64,000 nt of DNA from an uncultured Thermoleophilia bacterium (GTDB taxonomy: Bacteria; Actinomycetota; Thermoleophilia; Solirubrobacterales; 70-9), in contig OY970365.1 in NCBI GenBank assembly GCA_963718595.1, forward strand, positions 965,994-1,029,993. The letters are read 5' to 3'. Made by a program: the position numbers and the translations under genes. The notes beneath the pieces are model-generated. The model was not told the origin of the DNA, did not search any database, and worked only from the letters and a program-made list of their open reading frames with translations. Shown piece by piece: positions 16,983 through 25,543 of the stretch. Within the stretch, counting starts at the first letter, position 1; the number at the start of each line of letters is the position of its first letter.

Positions 16983-17644
16983 CCAGCAGAGATTATTCGC
17001 CGCGCCTCGGCCGTGCCGAGGTAGGGCGTCAAAGCGAATTCGAGCACCGCCGGGGTGAGCTCGTCGAGGCGCTCGATCTCGCCGGCGAGGATGCGCCGGC
17101 CGAGCAGCGAAGCGATGCCGCCGACGACCGCCTCGTCGGTCGCCAACGGCACCTCGCCGCCGGCGGGCGCCGGCGGGGCGCCCTCGCGCAGATAGGGGAC
17201 GAAGCTCTCGACCGCGGCCTGGTAGCGGTCGTAGACGCCGCGGCCGGCCCGCAGGCCCTCGACCAGGGTGATCCCGGCCAATGGCGGGTCGTTGGCCAGA
17301 AGCTCGATCATCGAAGCGATCCCGGCGCGCACCCGCGGCGGCCAGTCGGCGGTGTCGTGGGCAGCGCAGGCGGCGAGGACGCGCTCACGGATCCGCTCGA
17401 CCGCCGACTCGTAGGCGGCGTAGAAGCACTCGTCCTTGGTCTCGAAGTGCTTGTAAAAGTCACTCTTGGACACGGCCGCCCGCTGACCGATCAAGGAAAC
17501 AGTGGTTTTCTGGTAGCCGACTTCGTAGAGAACTTCGGTGAGTCCGTTGATCAGTCTTTCCCGCTGGTTCTGAGCGACGAATTCAGGGGAAAGGCCGTGG
17601 CGTCCTCGAGGTAGTCGCTCCATCTCGGGGGTGAAGTCTGCCAC
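16979..17644 (-). CDS. TetR family transcriptional regulator
   Basis: 221 aa. HTH region RERLINGLTEVLYEVGYQKTTVSLIGQRAAVSKSDFYKHFETKDECF. Its stop overlaps the dCTP deaminase start by 4 nt. Confidence 0.85.
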   Translation of the reverse strand: MADFTPEMERLPRGRHGLSPEFVAQNQRERLINGLTEVLYEVGYQKTTVSLIGQRAAVSKSDFYKHFETKDECFYAAYESAVERIRERVLAACAAHDTADWPPRVRAGIASMIELLANDPPLAGITLVEGLRAGRGVYDRYQAAVESFVPYLREGAPPAPAGGEVPLATDEAVVGGIASLLGRRILAGEIERLDELTPAVLEFALTPYLGTAEARRIISAG

Positions 17645-17672
17645 CGTACTGTTACTTTCGCGGCGCGGTTAC

Positions 17673-18278
17673 CTACTTCGGTTCGGTTACACCGCAGTAC
17701 GGTGATAGTACGAAACGCGAGAGCTCCGGCAGTAACTCGGCTGTCTCCGCTGGTCCCCCGGCGCGGATGCGCTGATGGAGGATCCAGGCGACGCCGCCGA
17801 CCAGCGACTCCTCGATCGTCGCCGGCAGCCGCTCGCGCGACGGCGCGTTGGTCTTCAGCAATCGCACGAATGCGTCGAGAGCGGCCTCATAGCTGGCCGC
17901 TGCCGTCGGAGTGGCGGCAAGCGCCTCGACCAGGCACATGCGCGCGGCGGCCGGTTGCTCGGCAACGAAGTCCAGTAGTGCCGCCAGCCCGGATTCGATC
18001 CGCTGCCGCCAGCTGCCACCGGCTTGCTCACAGGCTGCTTCGACCGCCGCCAGCGCCTCTTCGAAATAGAAGGCGAAGGCGCAGAGGAAGAGGTCCTCCT
18101 TGCCGCCGAAGTTGTCGTAGAGCGTTTTGCGGGCGACCCCCGCCCGGCTGACGATGGCGGCGATCTTGGTCGCCTCGTAGCCCTGCTCAGCGCTGAGTTC
18201 AGCGATCGCATGAACCATGCGACGCTGCTTTTGGACTGCGATGGGATCTCGTGGAAGCTCGGGCCGAGGCGGCTTCAT
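17673..18278 (-). CDS. TetR family transcriptional regulator
   Basis: 201 aa. RRMVHAIAELSAEQGYEATKIAAIVSRAGVARKTLYDNFGGKEDLF. Confidence 0.85.
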   Translation of the reverse strand: MKPPRPELPRDPIAVQKQRRMVHAIAELSAEQGYEATKIAAIVSRAGVARKTLYDNFGGKEDLFLCAFAFYFEEALAAVEAACEQAGGSWRQRIESGLAALLDFVAEQPAAARMCLVEALAATPTAAASYEAALDAFVRLLKTNAPSRERLPATIEESLVGGVAWILHQRIRAGGPAETAELLPELSRFVLSPYCGVTEPK

Positions 18279-18413
18279 CTTGGCCTCCCGGGGTCGGCCG
18301 GGAGCATGGGGACAGGAGTAAACGCGGTACCCCGATCGACGCCCGGCCCAACATCCCTTCTGGTACCTTGGCGAAACTTTGGAAGTCCTTTTTAGGAACC
18401 AGGAAGTTTCTAG

Positions 18414-19172
18414 GTGCCCTTCGATCGCATCCAGTTGAGCCAGGAGATCGTCGTGGCGGCCATCGGCGACGACTGGCCCTCAGATCAAGTCGCGGCCGCG
18501 ATCGAACTGCTTGCCAACCGCGAGGGCAGGTTCCCCACCGGCGTCCGCAAACTTCCTCCCGATCTCGTCAAGGCCGTGCAGCGCGAGCGCCTGGTGGGGG
18601 CGATGCTGATGGCCGCCTCCGAACTCGGCTACCGGGAAGCGCACGTGCAGGACGTGATCGACCGCGCCGGCGTCTCCAGGCCAACCTTCTACGAGCACTT
18701 CTCCAACAAAGAGGTCTGCTTCCTTGCCGCCTTCGACATCAGCGCGGCGCGTCTTCGGAACAAGGTCGACTCCGCAGCGCAGCGAGGCGGCGACAGCTGG
18801 CGCGATCGCCTCCGCTTCAGCCTCGCAGCGCTGATCGAGTTCGCGAGCGCCGAGCCGGCGACGGCGAGGACGCTGATCGTCGAGGCCCGTGCGGCCAGCT
18901 CCGAGGTGGTGCTGCGCCGCGTGCAGCTGCTCGAGCACTTCGCCCAGTGCCTCGACGTCGAAGTCCGAAAACGGCTCCCCGCCAACGCCGAATGCTCCGC
19001 GGTGACCGCCTCCGGGGTCGTCGGCGGCGTCGAAGCGCTGCTCTACTCGCGGCTGTGCCGGGGGGAATACGACAAGCTCGAGGAGCTGCTGCCATCGCTG
19101 ATGTACTTCGCCGTCCTCCCTTACGAGGGGCACGAGGCGGCCAACGAGGAGCTCGCCCTCGAGGCAGGTTGA
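18414..19172 (+). CDS. TetR family transcriptional regulator
   Basis: 252 aa, GTG start. RERLVGAMLMAASELGYREAHVQDVIDRAGVSRPTFYEHFSNKEVCF. Confidence 0.85.
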   Translation: MPFDRIQLSQEIVVAAIGDDWPSDQVAAAIELLANREGRFPTGVRKLPPDLVKAVQRERLVGAMLMAASELGYREAHVQDVIDRAGVSRPTFYEHFSNKEVCFLAAFDISAARLRNKVDSAAQRGGDSWRDRLRFSLAALIEFASAEPATARTLIVEARAASSEVVLRRVQLLEHFAQCLDVEVRKRLPANAECSAVTASGVVGGVEALLYSRLCRGEYDKLEELLPSLMYFAVLPYEGHEAANEELALEAG

Positions 19173-19196
19173 GCGGCTGCGGCTAGAGTCCGGCCG

Positions 19197-19610
19197 ATGA
19201 GGTCGCCGCAGGCCGCCCGGGCGGCGCTGGTTTTCCTGCTGGTCGCCGCCCTGTCGATCGGGCTGACCGCAACCATCGTCCCCCACACCTTCTACGCCGA
19301 CTTCCCGTTTCTCGCCAGCTGGGTCGAGCTGCTGCCGCCCTACAACGAGCACCTGGTGACCGACGTCGGTGGCCTCTACCTCGGCTTCTCGGTTCTCCTC
19401 GCCTGGGCGGCCGTCACCCTCGACCGCACCCTGGTCCAGGCCGTCTCCGTTGCCTGGCTGCTCAGCGCCGGCATCCACCTGCTCTTCCACGCCGGCCACC
19501 TCGACAACTTCTCCACCGGCGACGCGATCGCCGAGATCGCCAGCCTGGCGCTGCTGTTGGTTCCGCCGCCCGTCGCCGTCTGGGCGACCTCGCCGCGCGC
19601 CTCTGCCTAG
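19197..19610 (+). CDS. hypothetical membrane protein (about 4 TM)
   Basis: 137 aa with hydrophobic segments and normal composition. No family recognised. Confidence 0.55.
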   Translation: MRSPQAARAALVFLLVAALSIGLTATIVPHTFYADFPFLASWVELLPPYNEHLVTDVGGLYLGFSVLLAWAAVTLDRTLVQAVSVAWLLSAGIHLLFHAGHLDNFSTGDAIAEIASLALLLVPPPVAVWATSPRASA

Positions 19611-19624
19611 AATCGAGCTGTCCC

Positions 19625-19711
19625 GGAGGGGTGCCGGAGCGGTTGAACGGGGCAGTCTCGAAAACTGTTGGCGTCGCAAGGCGCTCGTGGGTTCGAATCC
19701 CACCCCCTCCG
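19625..19711 (+). tRNA. tRNA-Ser (anticodon CGA)
   Basis: Hand-folded cloverleaf. Acceptor GGAGGGG/CCCCTCC, anticodon stem gcagt/actgt with loop cuCGAaa, long variable arm, T-arm gtgggTTCGAAtcccac. No encoded CCA. Confidence 0.9.
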
Positions 19712-19726
19712 TTCAGCAGCAGAGGC

Positions 19727-22510
19727 TCAGCGTTTCTTCGGGACCAGCTTCGCGGCGACCTGGCCGCGGCTGGTCTCGCCGCCGGGCACCTTGCCGACGA
19801 GAGCGACCACGGCCTTGATCTGGCCGAGCTTGGCGAGCTTGCCCAGGCCAGCCTTGGAAAGCCTGCCGGCGAGGCCCGCCGTCTTGCCGGGGGCGACCTC
19901 GAGGGTCGAGCCGCCCAGCTTCAGCTTCGCTTTGCCTTTGCCTTTCGGCTTCGGGAGGCTGGCGCTGACGGCGACGTCGACTGAGCAGGACTGGGCGCTG
20001 GCGGCCGGGCAGCTGAGCGCAGCGGCCTTGATCGTGAAGGCGCCGCTCTTGGCGACCTTGACGGTGCCGGCGTTGGCAAGCAGCTTCAGCGTCATCCGCA
20101 GCGACGGTGGCGGCGGTGGGGGCGGCGGCGAAGACGGGCTCGGGCACTGGAGGCGGATGTCGAGATTGGTGACCGGTGGCGGGATCGTCATCACCGCGGT
20201 CTCGACTTGGCCCTGGCCGGGCTGGCCGGGGGCATGGCAACCGGCCTTGACCACCTGGACCTTGTAGAAGCCGGCGATCACGTCCCAGCCAAAGTGCCCA
20301 CTGGCTTCGCTGCTGTCGGGGTTGCGCCGGTTCATCGGCGACATCACGGCGGATCCGTCGGGGACGACGGTGAAGGGACCGGCGCTGAGATCCGAGCGCA
20401 GCAGGGTCACGGTCGCGCCGGGCAGCGGGGCGCCGTCAACGGTGCGGACGAAGCCGCTGGGGTCGATGTAGATCGGGAAGATCGGTTCTTCGTCTTCTTC
20501 GGTTTCTTCGTCTTCTTCGGTTTCTTCTTCTTCCTGTTCTTCGTCTTCTTCTTCTTCTTCGTCTTCTTCTTCTTCGGGCGGGGTTTCTTCTTCTTCTTCG
20601 GGTTCTTCGTCTTCTTCCTGTTCTTCTTCTTCGTCTTCTTCTTCCTCGTCTTCTTCTTCTTCCTGTTCTTCCTCTTCTTTTTCTTTTTGCACCGGGTCGC
20701 GCGGCGGCGGAGCGAGGATCCGCATCCGCGCGGCGCCGTGGTTGGGGAACAGCGGAACCACCGAGAAGACGAAGATGCACTTACCCGGAGTGGCGCTGGC
20801 TTCGGGGGCGCCGTTGGGCGGGATCCGCAGGGTCTGGCCGTTGGCGAATTCGATCCGCGCTTCGGCTTCGGCGTTGCAGTTGGCCTGATGGCGGACCGCG
20901 AACGGTTCCTGCCAGTGCACTATCGGGACCCCTTCGCCAGTCGTTCCCTTGGCGCCGGCACCGGTGAATTTGGTCGTCGGGGGCGGTGGTTTTGGCAGCG
21001 GCAGGACGACGTCCTGGTTGGTCTTCTCGGTTTCGGCCTTGGTACGGCTGATCGTTTCGCGGGTTTTCGAGGCCGCGTTGGAGCCGGCCGGCGGGAAGGC
21101 GGTGACGCGATAGTCGCCGGCGACGGGGACCTGGAGTTTGTAGAAGCCGCTGCCGTCGGTCGTGGTCGCGCGGCAGGGGCTGCCTTTGAGCTTGCAGACC
21201 TGGACCGGGGCGCCTTTGGCCGCTTTCGCGGCTTCGGCTTTGCCTTCGTAGACGTGGCCGCTGATCGAGCCGGCGACGCTGCTGAGGGCAACGTCGGTTT
21301 CGCCGTTGGAAGAGGTCGCGGTCACCCTCACCACCAGCGCCTTGCCGAGGTCGGCCGCGGCGGCGGTGTAGGAGGTGCCGGTCGCACCGGGGATCGCGGT
21401 GCAGGTCTCGCCGTCTGGCTCGCAGCGCAGCCACTGGAAGTCGAAGGCGCCGGTGGCGTTGTCCCAGCTACCGGGGTTGGCCGTGAAGGCTTCGCCTTGG
21501 CGCGGGTTGCCGGCGCCGGCCGAGGCCATCGGCGCGCCGACGTTGATCGGTGGCGAGGCGGCTTTGCAGCCGTCGGGCAACCGGGTCGCTGAGCGTTCGG
21601 CGACCGGCCACGAGGTCGCGTCGTAGAAGCAGAGGTACTCGACCTCGGTCACCGGCAGCACCCAGTTGGTGAGAGCGGGTCGATCGAGCGAGACGCCCGA
21701 GTTATTGGAGCCCGAGAAGCCGTCGCTGTCGGTGACCACACTGGCGGGGTTGGCGGCGATGCTGGCGGGGTCGCGAAGAATCAGCAGGCCGGCGTTCGTG
21801 CCCGAAGAGTTGAGCGCCACCCAGGTGTCGTTCCAGTCGGTCTGGACCGCGAGGCTGGTGCCCAGCGTGTTGAGGCCACTGCTGTCCGCCTTGGGGAAGA
21901 CGACCTGGTTGTAGGTGCCGCCCGGCAGCCGCGGCACGTAGGCGCGCATCCCCTGCGCCAAGACGGCGGAGTGGGTCTGGTTCGCGGCGAAGGTCCAGCG
22001 GCGCTCGACCCGGACCGTATTGGCTGCCGCTCCGCCGTCGAAGAACGAGTAGCGGGTGCGTACCGGGACGGGAGGCGAGTCACCGGAGCACGCTTGCGGC
22101 GTGATCGAGTTGATCTCGACGCTGCGCTCTCCCCGTGGCCCCCAGGTCCCGCGACTGCCGGCAACCACCGGTCCGGGGCTCTGACCGTCGGCGTTGCCGT
22201 AAGACTGGCCCCAGAACTCGCTGGAGGGGTCCCCGCAGCCGCCGCCGCCCTGACTGGCGACGTTCGGGCCGAAGGCGAGGCTCGCTTCGCGCCGCCATTC
22301 GACCGTGTCCACCCGCTCGATGTTGGCTGCGGAGTCGCCGAAGTTCCATTTGTAGTTCGGCGTCGTGACCAGGTCGGGGCCGTCGTCGATCACGATCGCG
22401 GCCCCGGCACGGGGGGCGAAGGCGAGCGCGGCGAGGAGCGCGAGGGCGCCGATCAAGAGCCAGCCGCGGCATCCGCGCAATGAAATATCGGCGTGTAGCG
22501 GACGGGACAT
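19727..22510 (-). CDS. large secreted protein with CarboxypepD_reg-like beta-sandwich domains, a long poly-Glu/Asp tract, a poly-Pro linker and a Lys-rich C-terminus
   Basis: 927 aa. Signal-like N-terminus GWLLIGALALLAALAFAPRAGAA. SISGHVYEG...TTDGSGFYKLQVPVAGDYRVTAFP and GAPLPGATVTLL...GFYKVQVVKAGC resemble carboxypeptidase-regulatory domains. Also an acidic tract and PPPPPPPP. Confidence 0.8.
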   Translation of the reverse strand: MSRPLHADISLRGCRGWLLIGALALLAALAFAPRAGAAIVIDDGPDLVTTPNYKWNFGDSAANIERVDTVEWRREASLAFGPNVASQGGGGCGDPSSEFWGQSYGNADGQSPGPVVAGSRGTWGPRGERSVEINSITPQACSGDSPPVPVRTRYSFFDGGAAANTVRVERRWTFAANQTHSAVLAQGMRAYVPRLPGGTYNQVVFPKADSSGLNTLGTSLAVQTDWNDTWVALNSSGTNAGLLILRDPASIAANPASVVTDSDGFSGSNNSGVSLDRPALTNWVLPVTEVEYLCFYDATSWPVAERSATRLPDGCKAASPPINVGAPMASAGAGNPRQGEAFTANPGSWDNATGAFDFQWLRCEPDGETCTAIPGATGTSYTAAAADLGKALVVRVTATSSNGETDVALSSVAGSISGHVYEGKAEAAKAAKGAPVQVCKLKGSPCRATTTDGSGFYKLQVPVAGDYRVTAFPPAGSNAASKTRETISRTKAETEKTNQDVVLPLPKPPPPTTKFTGAGAKGTTGEGVPIVHWQEPFAVRHQANCNAEAEARIEFANGQTLRIPPNGAPEASATPGKCIFVFSVVPLFPNHGAARMRILAPPPRDPVQKEKEEEEQEEEEDEEEEDEEEEQEEDEEPEEEEETPPEEEEDEEEEEDEEQEEEETEEDEETEEDEEPIFPIYIDPSGFVRTVDGAPLPGATVTLLRSDLSAGPFTVVPDGSAVMSPMNRRNPDSSEASGHFGWDVIAGFYKVQVVKAGCHAPGQPGQGQVETAVMTIPPPVTNLDIRLQCPSPSSPPPPPPPPSLRMTLKLLANAGTVKVAKSGAFTIKAAALSCPAASAQSCSVDVAVSASLPKPKGKGKAKLKLGGSTLEVAPGKTAGLAGRLSKAGLGKLAKLGQIKAVVALVGKVPGGETSRGQVAAKLVPKKR
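20485..20690 (-). repeat. low-complexity (GAA/GAG/GAC)n tract encoding ~70 consecutive Glu/Asp-dominated residues
   Basis: Plus strand reads ttcttcgtcttcttcggtttcttc... Translation: QKEKEEEEQEEEEDEEEEDEEEEQEEDEEPEEEEETPPEEEEDEEEEEDEEQEEEETEEDEETEEDEEP. Confidence 0.9.
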
Positions 22511-22690
22511 CGCGCGAACCTACCACCGGATCTCGACTCTGGCGATGAAACCCGCCGATCAGTTCGGGTGCAATCCGGCGAGCAGACCGAGATCGGGAGG
22601 TTTTTCGACTGCCGGCGATCCACGAGCTGCACGGCTGAGAGGGACGAGCTTCTGCTCGCTCTTGGTTCTCTAGGCTTTGTCCAGCACCCC

Positions 22691-22780
22691 GGAGAGGTGT
22701 CCGAGTGGCTTAAGGAGCGCGATTGGAAATCGCGTGGGCGGGGTTAACCCGCCTCGAGGGTTCGAATCCCTCCCTCTCCG
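22691..22780 (+). tRNA. tRNA-Ser (anticodon GGA)
   Basis: Hand-folded. Acceptor GGAGAGG/CCTCTCC, anticodon stem cgcga/tcgcg with loop ttGGAaa, long variable arm, T-arm gagggTTCGAAtccctc. Confidence 0.9.
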
Positions 22781-22792
22781 CTGCGGTTACGG

Positions 22793-23263
22793 TCAGGCGC
22801 GCCGGGCGGCGAAGAAGGCGCGCAGGAGGTCGGCGCACTCCGCTTCGCGAACGCCGGCGATGACTTCGGGGCGGTGGTTGAGGGCCGGCTCCGCCAACAC
22901 GTCGAGGACGGAGCCGGCAGCGCCTGCCTTGGGGTCGGCGGTGGCGATGACGACGGTGGGTATGCGGGCGAGGACGATCGCGCCGGCGCACATCGCGCAG
23001 GGCTCGAGGGTGACGTAGAGGGTCGTGCCCGGGAGGCGCCAGCCGCCGAGCGCCTCGGCGGCGGCGCGGATCGCGAGGACCTCGGCGTGGGCGGTGGGGT
23101 CGCGACGCAGCTCGCGCTCGTTGCCGGCGGCGGCGAGGAGCGCGCCGTCGCCGAAGATCGCGGCGCCGATCGGGACGTCGCCGTGGGACTCGGCCAAGCG
23201 CGCCTGCTCGATCGCCAGCCCCATCGCCCGCTCGTGGACGGCCATTTCGTCGACCTCGCTCAT
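22793..23263 (-). CDS. tadA: tRNA-specific adenosine deaminase
   Basis: 156 aa. Deaminase zinc motifs HAEVLAI and TLEPCAMCAGA. Confidence 0.9.
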   Translation of the reverse strand: MSEVDEMAVHERAMGLAIEQARLAESHGDVPIGAAIFGDGALLAAAGNERELRRDPTAHAEVLAIRAAAEALGGWRLPGTTLYVTLEPCAMCAGAIVLARIPTVVIATADPKAGAAGSVLDVLAEPALNHRPEVIAGVREAECADLLRAFFAARRA

Positions 23264-23362
23264 CGATCCGGGAGTATGTCTCCCTACAACTTCGCCGGAG
23301 CCGCGGTGTTAGCCAAGTGAGGCTCGCCCGGTAGCCATATTTCGGCGAGCACCGGCCTTCAT

Positions 23363-24712
23363 ATGAAACGACATCGCCGCATAGCCGCCATCGTGGCCTC
23401 CCTGACGCTGCTTTTGGCCGCTGCCCCCGCGCAGGCGGAGATCGGCCTGGAGCCGGCGCGCGGCTTCGTGCCACGGCAGGTCGTGGTCAAGTTCGAGGGC
23501 GAGCGTTCGGCGCGGACGCTGGAGCTCCCGCGCGACGCCGACGTCCAGGAAACGACCGCGAGGCTGCGCGACAGGGCAGCCGTCGAGTACGCCGCCCCCA
23601 ACTTCATCGCCACCGCCTCGGCGGTCTCCCCCGCTCCCTTCACGATCCCCAATGACACCGGCGGCATCGACGGCGCCGCCGAAGCCAGCAGCTTCGGCGA
23701 CTGGACGCTGAAACAGTGGAACTTCCTGCCTTGGGAAGAAGCCCCGGGCTTGCGGATACCTGCCTCTCCAGGCGGGATCGACGCGATCGGCGCCTGGCAG
23801 AACCTGGCGGCGGCCGGCCGTCCCGGTGGCAAGGGAATCACGGTCGCCGTGCTCGACACCGGGGTCGCCTACCGCGAACAGGGCAGCACCTTCCTGCGCA
23901 GCCCCGACTTCGGCCCGGGGCAGTTCGTCAAAGGGTTCGACTTCGTCGATAACGACCGCCTGCCGCTGGACGAGAACGGGCACGGTACCCACGTCGCCGG
24001 CACGATCGCCGAGAAGACCGACAACGAGGTTGGACTGACCGGGATCGCCTTCAACGCGCGGCTGATGCCGATCCGCGTCCTCGACTCACAGGGACGCGGC
24101 GATGCCGCCGGAATCGCCAAGGGAATCCGCTTCGCGATCGCCCAGCAGGCGCAGGTGATCAACTTGAGCTTCAACTTCGGCTGTGGCAAGAAGGTGCCGG
24201 GGGTCGACGAAGCGCTGCGCGAGGCCTACGCGAAAGGGATCGTCGTCATCGCCTCCGCCGGCAACCTCGGCGCCGAGACCTGCGTCTCACCGCCGGCCAC
24301 CGGGCCGCGAGTGATCGCGGTCGGCGGCAGCACCGAGGGCGGCTGTCTCGGCGAGTACTCGCTGGCCGGAGCGGAGATCGACGTGCTGGCGCCGGGTGGC
24401 GGCATCCCGATCGCCGGCTGTCCCTCGATCTCGGCACGGCCGATCTACCAGGTGACGCTGCGGCCCGGGACCACCAACCTCTTCGGGATCCCCGTCACCT
24501 ACGTCGGCACCTCGATGGCGGCCGCGCACGTCTCCGGGGTTACCGCCTTGGTCCTCGCCAGCGGCGTCGTCAAGTCCGGTCTGAAGCCGAAAGGCCGGGT
24601 CGACACCGTCACCCGCCGCCTGCGCAAGACCGCCCGCAGCCTCGGCCTGGAACGGACCCAACAGGGCGCCGGCCTGATCGACGCGGCCGCCGCTACGGAA
24701 TCAACGCGGTGA
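23363..24712 (+). CDS. secreted subtilisin-like serine protease (peptidase S8)
   Basis: 449 aa with a signal peptide. Catalytic triad blocks VAVLDTGV, HGTHVAGT, GTSMAAAHVSG. Confidence 0.9.
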   Translation: MKRHRRIAAIVASLTLLLAAAPAQAEIGLEPARGFVPRQVVVKFEGERSARTLELPRDADVQETTARLRDRAAVEYAAPNFIATASAVSPAPFTIPNDTGGIDGAAEASSFGDWTLKQWNFLPWEEAPGLRIPASPGGIDAIGAWQNLAAAGRPGGKGITVAVLDTGVAYREQGSTFLRSPDFGPGQFVKGFDFVDNDRLPLDENGHGTHVAGTIAEKTDNEVGLTGIAFNARLMPIRVLDSQGRGDAAGIAKGIRFAIAQQAQVINLSFNFGCGKKVPGVDEALREAYAKGIVVIASAGNLGAETCVSPPATGPRVIAVGGSTEGGCLGEYSLAGAEIDVLAPGGGIPIAGCPSISARPIYQVTLRPGTTNLFGIPVTYVGTSMAAAHVSGVTALVLASGVVKSGLKPKGRVDTVTRRLRKTARSLGLERTQQGAGLIDAAAATESTR

Positions 24713-24722
24713 TCCGGGCGAC

Positions 24723-24798
24723 CTGACCAAGCAGGTCAAGGACGAGTGAGGGAGTGTGCTCCGCACATGACCGAGCGAGGACGCCGAGATGCGCCGGT
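24723..24798 (+). repeat. 76-bp intergenic repeat, copy 1
   Basis: ctgaccaagcaggtcaaggacgagtgagggagtgtgctccgcacatgaccgagcgaggacgccgagatgcgccggt. Differs from 28714-28789 at about 4 positions. Confidence 0.85.
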
Positions 24799-24807
24799 GC
24801 CGTGTCC

Positions 24808-25251
24808 TCAGCTGGTGCGGACGATGATCACTGAACACGGAGCATGGTGCGAGACGTTGTTCGGCACGCTGCCCATCAGGTAGCGGCGAGCGCCGGTCAT
24901 CCCCTTGTTGCCGACCACGATCAGATCGGCCTTGACCTGTTCGGCGACGTTGAGGATGGCGTCGGCGGGGTCGGCCTCGATCGGGTGGGTCTGGACCTCG
25001 ATCCCCGCTTTGCGCGCCTCGGCAGCGGCAGCCTCGAGAACGAGGTTGACGTCCTCGCGCGGGCCGATCTCGTGCTGGACGTCGGGCGGAGCCGCGCTCT
25101 GCTCGCCTTTGACGCGGCGCTCGGGCACGGGCGCATAGGCGCTGACGATGTTGAGCTGGGCCCCGAGGGCCTTCGCCAAGTCGACTGACTGGCGGACTGC
25201 CTCCCCGGCGGTCTCAGAGCCGTCGGTTCCAACCACGATTCGAGTGAACAC
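24808..25251 (-). CDS. universal stress protein (UspA family)
   Basis: 147 aa. MFTRIVVGTDGSETA...VVGNKGMTGARRYLMGSVPNNVSHHAPCSVIIV. Confidence 0.9.
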   Translation of the reverse strand: MFTRIVVGTDGSETAGEAVRQSVDLAKALGAQLNIVSAYAPVPERRVKGEQSAAPPDVQHEIGPREDVNLVLEAAAAEARKAGIEVQTHPIEADPADAILNVAEQVKADLIVVGNKGMTGARRYLMGSVPNNVSHHAPCSVIIVRTS

Positions 25252-25325
25252 GCCGCCTCCCTCTGCTCGGTCGCTGAACGCCGTTGATACTAAACGGGAT
25301 CGCCCGAGCGGGTGCGAGCGCCCGC

Positions 25326-25472
25326 TCAGCGCCGGTATTCCGCCGGCAGGCCGCGAAAGCCATCACCGAGGATTTCGGTCGGGGTGGTGCTGAGGCGGAC
25401 GATCGCGATCGCCATCGAGGCAACGAGGCAGACCACGAGCACGAGCATCCCCGCTTTCCAGATCCAGGGCAC
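25326..25472 (-). CDS. possible 48-aa single-pass membrane peptide
   Basis: Own translation (below the track size cutoff): VPWIWKAGMLVLVVCLVASMAIAIVRLSTTPTEILGDGFRGLPAEYRR. Only an ORF plus a hydrophobic helix; no other support. Confidence 0.25.
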   Translation of the reverse strand: MPWIWKAGMLVLVVCLVASMAIAIVRLSTTPTEILGDGFRGLPAEYRR

Positions 25473-25543
25473 GGCCGAACCCTAGAGGCTTCCCGGGGGC
25501 CGGTCGGCTCCCGGGCACCTTTGCCTCGGGCTATGGTGGGGCC

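Noticed and set aside
20436-20780. 114-aa poly-Arg ORF, and a plus-strand 461-aa ORF full of FFFF/GFF runs.
   Set aside because: These are alternative-frame or antisense readings of the GAA/GAG repeat that encodes the poly-Glu tract of the large secreted protein.
19625-22780. Possible genomic island between the two tRNA-Ser genes.
   Set aside because: There is no integrase, no obvious direct repeat of a tRNA 3' end, and only one gene in between. tRNA-Ser next to tadA is, as far as I recall, a conserved actinobacterial arrangement.
24745-24777. Conserved 10-codon mini-ORF MCGAHSL(T/G)RP on the minus strand of both 76-bp repeats.
   Set aside because: There is no Shine-Dalgarno-like sequence, and with only two near-identical copies conservation cannot distinguish coding from DNA or RNA constraint.
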